Shown here: in pieces, positions 1 through 12,800 of the stretch
Position numbering within the stretch: position 1 is the first letter of the stretch
Layout of the letters: the number at the start of each line of letters is the position of its first letter
Source: Balanoglossus misakiensis
Lineage: Eukaryota; Animalia; Hemichordata
Reading direction: 5' to 3'
DNA length: 64,000 nucleotides
Assembly (NCBI GenBank): GCA_040954595.2
Contig: CM082580.2
Span: 12,476,909-12,540,908 of the forward strand
Translations under genes and position numbers: made by a program
Notes under the pieces: model-generated
The model's input: the letters and a program-made list of their open reading frames with translations, nothing else
What the model was told of the DNA's origin: nothing
Database searches by the model: none

Positions 1-97
1 TTAACCATTTAAACATTTGTGTTGAGACATTGTTCCTCTTGTCATCTGGCTTGTAGTAAAAGTGCTCTTTTATTGTCTCTTGTTTTGTTTTTTAAAG

Positions 98-215
98 AAT
101 TGGCCAGCCATCAGAATGTGCCGGAGCTGTAGCATTTCTCTGCTCAGATGAAGATGCTTCTTTCATCACCGGGGAAACTATCGTCATTTCAGGAGGACAG
201 TATGCAAGACTTTGA
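98..215 (+). CDS. DHRS4: Last coding exon of a dehydrogenase/reductase SDR family member 4-like gene (5' part outside window)
   Basis: AG acceptor at 96-97 after a T-rich tract; exon reads [38 protein letters not shown], matching the DHRS4/DHRS2 C-terminus and ending in a PTS1-type ARL tripeptide. Confidence 0.8.
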
Positions 216-538
216 ATTACAATGTCAGGAAAGGGAGAGAAACACTGAACATAATTTGAGAGATGTGTGTTTCTCCTGGAGGGCTCGTGACAAAAAAACA
301 TGGTCCACAAACAGTACTGCTTGTTTTATGAAAAGAGTTGTGTGAATTGTATGTTGACATTTAACAAAACCATTAAAGATAACAAAATCTAATTCCTCAA
401 ACATGTGTGATAATCTGTCTCTTTCATAGTGCTGGTATGCAGCCATGATAAACTTTGGAGATGACCTGTGACCTACTTTGACATAGCCAATGTGAACACA
501 GGCCTATATTATTATGTGGACCTAAATTATGATTTCTC

Positions 539-817
539 ACATTTTTCATGAGCTATATATATATAACCCATGAAAAATGTCCAGAAGTGACAAAAACACC
601 AAAATTCCGAAAGTCAGGAAATCGTCATTTTTCACATTTTTCATGAGCTATAACCCATGAAAAATGTCCAGAAGTGACAAAAACACCAAAATTCCGAAAG
701 TCAGTAAATCGTCATTTTTGATATTTTTCATGAGCTACAACCCATGAAAAATGTCCAGAAGTGACAAAAACACCAAAATTCCGAAAGTCAGGAAATTGTC
801 ATTTTTGACATTTTTCA
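539..817 (-). repeat. Left flank array: ~3 copies of a diverged 87-bp sister monomer, inverted relative to the main satellite
   Basis: Unit CATGAGCTATAACCCATGAAAAATGTCCAGAAGTGACAAAAACACCAAAATTCCGAAAGTCAGGAAATCGTCATTTTT recurs at ~87-bp spacing; its reverse complement aligns with the main monomer. Confidence 0.85.
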
Positions 818-3800
818 TTTTTCGACTTTGCGAATTTTCAAAATTTGGTCATCTTTTGAAAAAATCATGGGTTATAGCTCATGAAAATCATCCAGAAATG
901 ACAATTTTTCGACTTTGCGAATTTTCAAAATTTGGATATTTTTTGAAAAAATCATGGGTTATAGCTCATGAAAATCATCCAGAAATGACAATTTTTCGAC
1001 TTTGCGAATTTTCAAAATTTGGTCATTTTTTGAAAAAATCATGGGTTATAGCTCATGAAAATCTTCAAAAATCGACGATTTTTCGACTTTGCGAATTTTC
1101 AAAATTTGGTCATTTTTTGAAAAAAACATGGGTTATAGCTCAGGAAAATCTTCAAAAATCGACGATTTTTCGACTTTGCGAATTTTCCAAATTTGGTCAT
1201 TTTTTGAAAAAAATCATGGGTTATAGCTCATGAAAATCTTCAAAAATCGACGATTTTTCGACTTTGCGAATTTTCAAAATTTGGTCATTTTTTGAAAAAA
1301 TCATGGGTTATAGCTCATGAAAATCTTCAAAAATCGACGATTTTTCGACTTTGCGAATTTTCAAAATTTGGTCATTTTTTGAAAAAACCATGGGTTATAG
1401 CTCAGGAAAATCTTCAAAAATCGACGATTTTTCGACTTTGCGAATTTTCAAAATTTGGTCATTTTTTGAAAAAACCATGGGTTATAGCTCAGGAAAATGT
1501 TCAAAAATCGACGATTTTTCGACTTTGCGAATTTTCAAAATTTGGTCATTTTTTGAAAAAACCATGGGTTATAGCTCATGAAAATCTTCAAAAATCGACG
1601 ATTTTTCGACTTTGCGAATTTTCAAAATTTGGTCATTTTTTGAAAAAACCATGGGTTATAGCTCAGGAAAATGTTCAAAAATCGACGATTTTTCGACTTT
1701 GCGAATTTTCAAAATTTGGTCATTTTTTGAAAAAACCATGGGTTATAGCTCAGGAAAATGTTCAAAAATCGACGATTTTTCGACTTTGCGAATTTTCAAA
1801 ATTTGGTCATTTTTTGAAAAAACCATGGGTTATAGCTCAGGAAAATGTTCAAAAATCGACGATTTTTCGACTTTGCGAATTTTCAAAATTTGGTCATTTT
1901 TTGAAAAAACCATGGGTTATAGCTCAGGAAAATGTTCAAAAATCGACGATTTTTCGACTTTGCGAATTTTCAAAATTTTGTCATCTTTTGAAAAAACCAT
2001 GGGTTATAGCTCAGGAAAATGTTCAAAAATCGACGATTTTTCGACTTTGCGAATTTTCAAAATTTGGTCATTTTTTGAAAAAACCATGGGTTATAGCTCA
2101 GGAAAATGTTCAAAAATCGACGATTTTTCGACTTTGCGAATTTTCAAAATTTGGTCATTTTTTGAAAAAACCATGGGTTATAGCTCAGGAAAATGTTCAA
2201 AAATCGACGATTTTTCGACTTTGCGAATTTTCAAAATTTGGTCATTTTTTGAAAAAACCATGGGTTATAGCTCAGGAAAATCTTCAAAAATCGACGATTT
2301 TTCGACTTTGCGAATTTTCAAAATTTGGTCATTTTTTGAAAAAACCATGGGTTATAGCTCAGGAAAATCTTCAAAAATCGACGATTTTTCGACTTTGCGA
2401 ATTTTCCAAATTTGGTCATTTTTTGAAAAAACCATGGGTTATAGCTCAGGAAAATGTTCAAAAATCGACGATTTTTCGACTTTGCGAATTTTCAAAATTT
2501 GGTCATTTTTTGAAAAAACCATGGGTTATAGCTCAGGAAAATGTTCAAAAATCGACGATTTTTCGACTTTGCGAATTTTCAAAATTTGGTCATTTTTTGA
2601 AAAAACCATGGGTTATAGCTCAGGAAAATGTTCAAAAATCGACGATTTTTCGACTTTGCGAATTTTCAAAATTTGGTCATTTTTTGAAAAAACCATGGAT
2701 TATAGCTCAGGAAAATGTTCAAAAATCGACGATTTTTCGACTTTGCGAATTTTCAAAATTTGGTCATTTTTTGAAAAAACCATGGGTTATAGCTCAGGAA
2801 AATGTTCAAAAATCGACGATTTTTCGACTTTGCGAATTTTCAAAATTTGGTCATTTTTTGAAAAAACCATTGGTTATAGCTCAGGAAAATGTTCAAAAAT
2901 CGACGATTTTTCGACTTTGCGAATTTTCAAAATTTGGTCATTTTTTGAAAAAACCATGGGTTATAGCTCAGGAAAATCTTCAAAAATCGACGATTTTTCG
3001 ACTTTGCGAATTTTCAAAATTTGGTCATTTTTTGAAAAAACCATGGGTTATAGCTCAGGAAAATGTTCAAAAATCGACGATTTTTCGACTTTGCGAATTT
3101 TCAAAATTTGGTCATTTTTTGAAAAAACCATGGGTTATAGCTCAGGAAAATGTTCAAAAATCGACGATTTTTCGACTTTGCGAATTTTCAAAATTTGGTC
3201 ATTTTTTGAAAAAACCATGGGTTATAGCTCAGGAAAATGTTCAAAAATCGACGATTTTTCGACTTTGCGAATTTTCAAAATTTGGTCATTTTTTGAAAAA
3301 ACCATGGGTTATAGCTCAGGAAAATGTTTAAAAATCGACGATTTTTCGACTTTGCGAATTTTCAAAATTTGGTCATTTTTTGAAAAAAACCATGGGTTAT
3401 AGCTCAGGAAAATCTTCAAAATCGACGATTTTTCGACTTTGCGAATTTTCAAAATTTGGTCATTTTTTGAAAAAACCATGGGTTATAGCTTAGGAAAATG
3501 TTCAAAAATCGACGATTTTTCGATTTTGCGAATTTTCAAAATTTGGTCATTTTTTGAAAAAAACCATGGGTTATAGCTCAGGAAAATCTTCAAAAATCGA
3601 CGATTTTTCGACTTTGCGAATTTTCAAAATTTGGTCATTTTTTGAAAAAACCATGGGTTATAGCTCAGGAAAATGTTCAAAAATCGACGATTTTTCGACT
3701 TTGCGAATTTTCAAAATTTGGTCATTTTTTGAAAAAAACATGGGTTATAGCTCAGGAAAATGTTCAAAAATCGACGATTTTTCGACTTTGCGAATTTTCA

Positions 3801-6800
3801 AAATTTGGTCATTTTTTGAAAAAACCATGGGTTATAGCTCAGGAAAATGTTCAAAAATCGACGATTTTTCGACTTTGCGAATTTTCAAAATTTGGTCATT
3901 TTTTGAAAAAACCATGGGTTATAGCTCAGGAAAATGTTCAAAAATCGACGATTTTTCGATTTTGCGAATTTTCAAAATTTGGTCATTTTTTGAAAAAAAC
4001 CATGGGTTATAGCTCAGGAAAATCTTCAAAAATCGACGATTTTTCGACTTTGCGAATTTTCAAAATTTGGTCATTTTTTGAAAAAACCATGGGTTATAGC
4101 TCAGGAAAATGTTCAAAAATCGACGATTTTTCGACTTTGCGAATTTTCAAAATTTGGTCATTTTTTGAAAAAACCATGGGTTATAGCTCATGAAAATCTT
4201 CAAAAATCGACGATTTTTCGACTTTGCGAATTTTCAAAATTTGGTCATTTTTTGAAAAAACCATGGGTTATAGCTCAGGAAAATGTTCAAAAATCGACGA
4301 TTTTTCGACTTTGCGAATTTTCAAAATTTGGTCATTTTTTAAAAAAAACCATGGGTTATAGCTCAGGAAAATGTTCAAAAATCGACGATTTTTCGACTTT
4401 GCGAATTTTCAAAATTTGGTCATTTTTTGAAAAAACCATGGGTTATAGCTCATGAAAATCTTCAAAAATCGACGATTTTTCGACTTTGCGAATTTTCAAA
4501 ATTTGGTCATTTTTTGAAAAAACCATGGGTTATAGCTCAGGAAAATGTTCAAAAATCGACGATTTTTCGACTTTGCGAATTTTCAAAATTTGGTCATTTT
4601 TTAAAAAAAACCATGGGTTATAGCTCAGGAAAATGTTCAAAAATCGACGATTTTTCGACTTTGCGAATTTTCAAAATTTGGTCATTTTTTGAAAAAAACC
4701 ATGGGTTATAGCTCAGGAAAATCTTCAAAAATCGACGATTTTTCGACTTTGCGAATTTTCAAAATTTGGTCATTTTTTGAAAAAACCATGGGTTATAGCT
4801 CAGGAAAATGTTCAAAAATCGACGATTTTTCGATTTTGCGAATTTTCAAAATTTGGTCATTTTTTGAAAAAAACCATGGGTTATAGCTCAGGAAAATCTT
4901 CAAAAATCGACGATTTTTCGACTTTGCGAATTTTCAAAATTTGGTCATTTTTTGAAAAAACCATGGGTTATAGCTCAGGAAAATGTTCAAAAATCGACGA
5001 TTTTTCGACTTTGCGAATTTTCAAAATTTGGTCATTTTTTGAAAAAACCATGGGTTATAGCTCATGAAAATGTTCAAAAATCGACGATTTTTCGACTTTG
5101 CGAATTTTCAAAATTTGGTCATTTTTTGAAAAAACCATGGGTTATAGCTCAGGAAAATCTTCAAAAATCGACGATTTTTCGACTTTGCGAATTTTCAAAA
5201 TTTGGTCATTTTTTGAAAAAACCATGGGTTATAGCTCAGGAAAATCTTCAAAAATCGACGATTTTTCGACTTTGCGAATTTTCAAAATTTGGTCATTTTT
5301 TGAAAAAACCATGGGTTATAGCTCAGGAAAATGTTCAAAAATCGACGATTTTTCGATTTTGCGAATTTTCAAAATTTGGTCATTTTTTGAAAAAAACCAT
5401 GGGTTATAGCTCAGGAAAATCTTCAAAAATCGACGATTTTTCGACTTTGCGAATTTTCAAAATTTGGTCATTTTTTGAAAAAACCATGGGTTATAGCTCA
5501 GGAAAATGTTCAAAAATCGACGATTTTTCGACTTTGCGAATTTTCAAAATTTGGTCATTTTTTGAAAAAAACCATGGGTTATAGCTCAGGAAAATGTTCA
5601 AAAATCGACGATTTTTCGACTTTGCGAATTTTCAAAATTTGGTCATTTTTTGAAAAAAACCATGGGTTATAGCTCAGGAAAATCTTCAAAAATCGACGAT
5701 TTTTCGACTTTGCGAATTTTCAAAATTTGGTCATTTTTTGAAAAAACCATGGGTTATAGCTCAGGAAAATGTTCAAAAATCGACGATTTTTCGATTTTGC
5801 GAATTTTCAAAATTTGGTCATTTTTTGAAAAAAACCATGGGTTATAGCTCAGGAAAATCTTCAAAAATCGACGATTTTTCGACTTTGCGAATTTTCAAAA
5901 TTTGGTCATTTTTTGAAAAAACCATGGGTTATAGCTCAGGAAAATGTTCAAAAATCGACGATTTTTCGACTTTGCGAATTTTCAAAATTTGGTCATATTT
6001 TGAAAAAACCATGGGTTATAGCTCATGAAAATCTTCAAAAATCGACGATTTTTCGACTTTGCGAATTTTCAAAATTTGGTCATTTTTTGAAAAAACCATG
6101 GGTTATAGCTCAGGAAAATCTTCAAAAATCGACGATTTTTCGACTTTGCGAATTTTCAAAATTTGGTCATTTTTTGAAAAAACCATGGGTTATAGCTCAG
6201 GAAAATCTTCAAAAATCGACGATTTTTCGACTTTGCGAATTTTCAAAATTTGGTCATTTTTTGAAAAAACCATGGGTTATAGCTCAGGAAAATGTTCAAA
6301 AATCGACGATTTTTCGATTTTGCGAATTTTCAAAATTTGGTCATTTTTTGAAAAAAACCATGGGTTATAGCTCAGGAAAATCTTCAAAAATCGACGATTT
6401 TTCGACTTTGCGAATTTTCAAAATTTGGTCATTTTTTGAAAAAACCATGGGTTATAGCTCAGGAAAATGTTCAAAAATCGACGATTTTTCGACTTTGCGA
6501 ATTTTCAAAATTTGGTCATTTTTTGAAAAAACCATGGGTTATAGCTCATGAAAATCTTCAAAAATCGACGATTTTTCGACTTTGCGAATTTTCAAAATTT
6601 GGTCATTTTTTGAAAAAACCATGGGTTATAGCTCAGGAAAATGTTCAAAAATCGACGATTTTTCGACTTTGCGAATTTTCAAAATTTGGTCATTTTTTGA
6701 AAAAAACCATGGGTTATAGCTCAGGAAAATGTTCAAAAATCGACGATTTTTCGACTTTGCGAATTTTCAAAATTTGGTCATTTTTTGAAAAAAACCATGG

Positions 6801-9800
6801 GTTATAGCTCAGGAAAATCTTCAAAAATCGACGATTTTTCGACTTTGCGAATTTTCAAAATTTGGTCATTTTTTGAAAAAACCATGGGTTATAGCTCAGG
6901 AAAATGTTCAAAAATCGACGATTTTTCGACTTTGCGAATTTTCAAAATTTGGTCATTTTTTGAAAAAAACATGGGTTATAGCTCAGGAAAATGTTCAAAA
7001 ATCGACGATTTTTCGACTTTGCGAATTTTCAAAATTTGGTCATTTTTTGAAAAAACCATGGGTTATAGCTCAGGAAAATGTTCAAAAATCGACGATTTTT
7101 CGACTTTGCGAATTTTCAAAATTTGGTCATTTTTTGAAAAAACCATGGGTTATAGCTCAGGAAAATGTTCAAAAATCGACGATTTTTCGATTTTGCGAAT
7201 TTTCAAAATTTGGTCATTTTTTGAAAAAAACCATGGGTTATAGCTCAGGAAAATCTTCAAAAATCGACGATTTTTCGACTTTGCGAATTTTCAAAATTTG
7301 GTCATTTTTTGAAAAAACCATGGGTTATAGCTCAGGAAAATGTTCAAAAATCGACGATTTTTCGACTTTGCGAATTTTCAAAATTTGGTCATTTTTTGAA
7401 AAAACCATGGGTTATAGCTCATGAAAATCTTCAAAAATCGACGATTTTTCGACTTTGCGAATTTTCAAAATTTGGTCATTTTTTGAAAAAACCATGGGTT
7501 ATAGCTCAGGAAAATGTTCAAAAATCGACGATTTTTCGACTTTGCGAATTTTCAAAATTTGGTCATTTTTTAAAAAAAACCATGGGTTATAGCTCAGGAA
7601 AATGTTCAAAAATCGACGATTTTTCGACTTTGCGAATTTTCAAAATTTGGTCATTTTTTGAAAAAAACCATGGGTTATAGCTCAGGAAAATCTTCAAAAA
7701 TCGACGATTTTTCGACTTTGCGAATTTTCAAAATTTGGTCATTTTTTGAAAAAACCATGGGTTATAGCTCAGGAAAATGTTCAAAAATCGACGATTATTC
7801 GATTTTGCGAATTTTCAAAATTTGGTCATTTTTTGAAAAAAACCATGGGTTATAGCTCAGGAAAATCTTCAAAAATCGACGATTTTTCGACTTTGCGAAT
7901 TTTCAAAATTTGGTCATTTTTTGAAAAAACCATGGGTTATAGCTCAGGAAAATGTTCAAAAATCGACGATTTTTCGACTTTGCGAATTTTCAAAATTTGG
8001 TCATTTTTTGAAAAAACCATGGGTTATAGCTCATGAAAATGTTCAAAAATCGACGATTTTTCGACTTTGCGAATTTTCAAAATTTGGTCATTTTTTGAAA
8101 AAACCATGGGTTATAGCTCAGGAAAATCTTCAAAAATCGACGATTTTTCGACTTTGCGAATTTTCAAAATTTGGTCATTTTTTGAAAAAACCATGGGTTA
8201 TAGCTCAGGAAAATCTTCAAAAATCGACGATTTTTCGACTTTGCGAATTTTCAAAATTTGGTCATTTTTTGAAAAAACCATGGGTTATAGCTCAGGAAAA
8301 TGTTCAAAAATCGACGATTTTTCGATTTTGCGAATTTTCAAAATTTGGTCATTTTTTGAAAAAAACCATGGGTTATAGCTCAGGAAAATCTTCAAAAATC
8401 GACGATTTTTCGACTTTGCGAATTTTCAAAATTTGGTCATTTTTTGAAAAAACCATGGGTTATAGCTCAGGAAAATGTTCAAAAATCGACGATTTTTCGA
8501 CTTTGCGAATTTTCAAAATTTGGTCATTTTTTGAAAAAAACCATGGGTTATAGCTCAGGAAAATGTTCAAAAATCGACGATTTTTCGACTTTGCGAATTT
8601 TCAAAATTTGGTCATTTTTTGAAAAAAACCATGGGTTATAGCTCAGGAAAATCTTCAAAAATCGACGATTTTTCGACTTTGCGAATTTTCAAAATTTGGT
8701 CATTTTTTGAAAAAACCATGGGTTATAGCTCAGGAAAATGTTCAAAAATCGACGATTTTTCGATTTTGCGAATTTTCAAAATTTGGTCATTTTTTGAAAA
8801 AAACCATGGGTTATAGCTCAGGAAAATCTTCAAAAATCGACGATTTTTCGACTTTGCGAATTTTCAAAATTTGGTCATTTTTTGAAAAAACCATGGGTTA
8901 TAGCTCAGGAAAATGTTCAAAAATCGACGATTTTTCGACTTTGCGAATTTTCAAAATTTGGTCATATTTTGAAAAAACCATGGGTTATAGCTCATGAAAA
9001 TCTTCAAAAATCGACGATTTTTCGACTTTGCGAATTTTCAAAATTTGGTCATTTTTTGAAAAAACCATGGGTTATAGCTCAGGAAAATCTTCAAAAATCG
9101 ACGATTTTTCGACTTTGCGAATTTTCAAAATTTGGTCATTTTTTGAAAAAACCATGGGTTATAGCTCAGGAAAATCTTCAAAAATCGACGATTTTTCGAC
9201 TTTGCGAATTTTCAAAATTTGGTCATTTTTTGAAAAAACCATGGGTTATAGCTCAGGAAAATGTTCAAAAATCGACGATTTTTCGATTTTGCGAATTTTC
9301 AAAATTTGGTCATTTTTTGAAAAAAACCATGGGTTATAGCTCAGGAAAATCTTCAAAAATCGACGATTTTTCGACTTTGCGAATTTTCAAAATTTGGTCA
9401 TTTTTTGAAAAAACCATGGGTTATAGCTCAGGAAAATGTTCAAAAATCGACGATTTTTCGACTTTGCGAATTTTCAAAATTTGGTCATTTTTTGAAAAAA
9501 CCATGGGTTATAGCTCATGAAAATCTTCAAAAATCGACGATTTTTCGACTTTGCGAATTTTCAAAATTTGGTCATTTTTTGAAAAAACCATGGGTTATAG
9601 CTCAGGAAAATGTTCAAAAATCGACGATTTTTCGACTTTGCGAATTTTCAAAATTTGGTCATTTTTTGAAAAAAACCATGGGTTATAGCTCAGGAAAATG
9701 TTCAAAAATCGACGATTTTTCGACTTTGCGAATTTTCAAAATTTGGTCATTTTTTGAAAAAAACCATGGGTTATAGCTCAGGAAAATCTTCAAAAATCGA

Positions 9801-12800
9801 CGATTTTTCGACTTTGCGAATTTTCAAAATTTGGTCATTTTTTGAAAAAACCATGGGTTATAGCTCAGGAAAATGTTCAAAAATCGACGATTTTTCGATT
9901 TTGCGAATTTTCAAAATTTGGTCATTTTTTGAAAAAAACCATGGGTTATAGCTCAGGAAAATCTTCAAAAATCGACGATTTTTCGACTTTGCGAATTTTC
10001 AAAATTTGGTCATTTTTTGAAAAAACCATGGGTTATAGCTCAGGAAAATGTTCAAAAATCGACGATTTTTCGACTTTGCGAATTTTCAAAATTTGGTCAT
10101 TTTTTGAAAAAACCATGGGTTATAGCTCATGAAAATCTTCAAAAATCGACGATTTTTCGACTTTGCGAATTTTCAAAATTTGGTCATTTTTTGAAAAAAC
10201 CATGGGTTATAGCTCAGGAAAATGTTCAAAAATCGACGATTTTTCGACTTTGCGAATTTTCAAAATTTGGTCATTTTTTGAAAAAAACCATGGGTTATAG
10301 CTCAGGAAAATGTTCAAAAATCGACGATTTTTCGACTTTGCGAATTTTCAAAATTTGGTCATTTTTTGAAAAAACCATGGGTTATAGCTCAGGAAAATGT
10401 TCAAAAATCGACGATTTTTCGACTTTGCGAATTTTCAAAATTTGGTTATTTTTTGAAAAAACCATGGGTTATAGCTCAGGAAAATGTTCAAAAATCGACG
10501 ATTTTTCGACTTTGCGAATTTTCAAAATATGGTCATTTTTTGAAAAAACCATGGGTTATAGCTCAGGAAAATGTTCAAAAATCGACGATTTTTCGACTTT
10601 GCGAATTTTCAAAATTTGGTCATTTTTTGAAAAAACCATGGGTTATAGCTCAGGAAAATGTTCAAAAATCGACGATTTTTCGACTTTGCGAATTTTCAAA
10701 ATTTGGTCATTTTTTGAAAAAACCATGGTTATAGCTCAGGAAAATGTTCAAAAAGCGACGATTTTTCGACTTTGTGAATTTTCAAAATTTGGTCATTTTT
10801 TGAAAAAACCATGGGTTATAGCTCATGAAAATCTTCAAAAATCGACGATTTTTCGACTTTGCGAATTTTCAAAATTTGGTCATTTTTTGAATAAACCATG
10901 GGTTATAGCTCAGGAAAATGTTCAAAAATCGACGATTATTCGACTTTGCGAATTTTCCAAATTTGGTCATTTTTTGAAAAAACCATGGGTTATAGCTCAG
11001 GAAAATCTTCAAAAATCGACGATTTTTCGACTTTGCGAATTTTCAAAATTTGGTCATTTTTTGAAAAAACCATGGGTTATAGCTAGGGAAAATGTTCTAA
11101 ATCGACGATTTTTCGACTTTGCGAATTTTCAAAATTTGGTCATTTTTTGAAAAAACCATGGGTTATAGCTCAGGAAAATGTTCATAAATCGACGATTTTT
11201 CGACTTTGCGAATTTTCAAAATTTGGTCATTTTTTGAAAAAACCATGGGTTATAGCTCATGAAAATCATCCAGAAATGACAATTTTTCGACTTTGCGAAT
11301 TTTCAAAATTTGGTCATTTTTTGAAAAAAATCATGGGTTATAGCTCATGAAAATCTTCAAAAATCGACGATTTTTCGACTTTGCGAATTTTCAAAATTTT
11401 GTCATTTTTTGAAAAAAACATGGGTTATAGCTCAGGAAAATGTTCAAAAATCGACGATTTTTCGACTTTGCGAATTTTCAAAATTTGGTCATTTTTTGAA
11501 AAAACCATGGGTTATAGCTCAGGAAAATGTTCAAAAATCGACGATTTTTCGACTTTGCGAATTTTCAAAATTTGGTCATTTTTTGGAAAAACCATGGGTT
11601 ATAGCTCAGGAAAATGTTCAAAAATCGACGATTTTTCGACTTTGCGAATTTTCAAAATTTGGTCATTTTTTGAAAAAACCATGGGTTATAGCTCAGGAAA
11701 ATGTTCAAAAATCGACGATTTTTCGACTTTGCGAATTTTCAAAATTTGGTCATTTTTTGAAAAAACCATGGGTTATAGCTCAGGAAAATGTTCAAAAATC
11801 GACGATTTTTCGACTTTGCGAATTTTCAAAATTTGGTCATTTTTTGAAAAAACCATGGGTTATAGCTCAGGAAAATGTTCAAAAATCGACGATTTTTCGA
11901 CTTTGCGAATTTTCAAAATTTGGTCATTTTTTGAAAAAACCATGGGTTATAGCTCAGGAAAATGTTCAAAAATCGACGATTTTTCGACTTTGCGAATTTT
12001 CAAAATTTGGTCATTTTTTGAAAAAACCATGGGTTATAGCTCAGGAAAATGTTCAAAAATCGACGATTTTTCGACTTTGCGAATTTTCAAAATTTGGTCA
12101 TTTTTTGAAAAAACCATGGGTTATAGCTCAGGAAAATGTTCAAAAATCGACGATTTTTCGACTTTGCGAATTTTCAAAATTTGGTCATTTTTTGAAAAAA
12201 CCATGGGTTATAGCTCAGGAAAATGTTCAAAAATCGACGATTTTTCGACTTTGCGAATTTTCAAAATTTGGTCATTTTTTGAAAAAACCATGGGTTATAG
12301 CTCAGGAAAATGTTCAAAAATCGACGATTTTTCGACTTTGCGAATTTTCAAAATTTGGTCATTTTTTGAAAAAACCATGGGTTATAGCTCAGGAAAATGT
12401 TCAAAAATCGACGATTTTTCGACTTTGCGAATTTTCAAAATTTGGTCATTTTTTGAAAAAACCATGGGTTATAGCTCAGGAAAATGTTCAAAAATCGACG
12501 ATTTTTCGACTTTGCGAATTTTCAAAATTTGGTCATTTTTTGAAAAAACCATGGGTTATAGCTCAGGAAAATGTTCAAAAATCGACGATTTTTCGACTTT
12601 GCGAATTTTCAAAATTTGGTCATTTTTTGAAAAAACCATGGGTTATAGCTCAGGAAAATGTTCAAAAATCGACGATTTTTCGACTTTGCGAATTTTCAAA
12701 ATTTGGTCATTTTTTGAAAAAACCATGGGTTATAGCTCAGGAAAATGTTCAAAAATCGACGATTTTTCGACTTTGCGAATTTTCAAAATTTGGTCATTTT

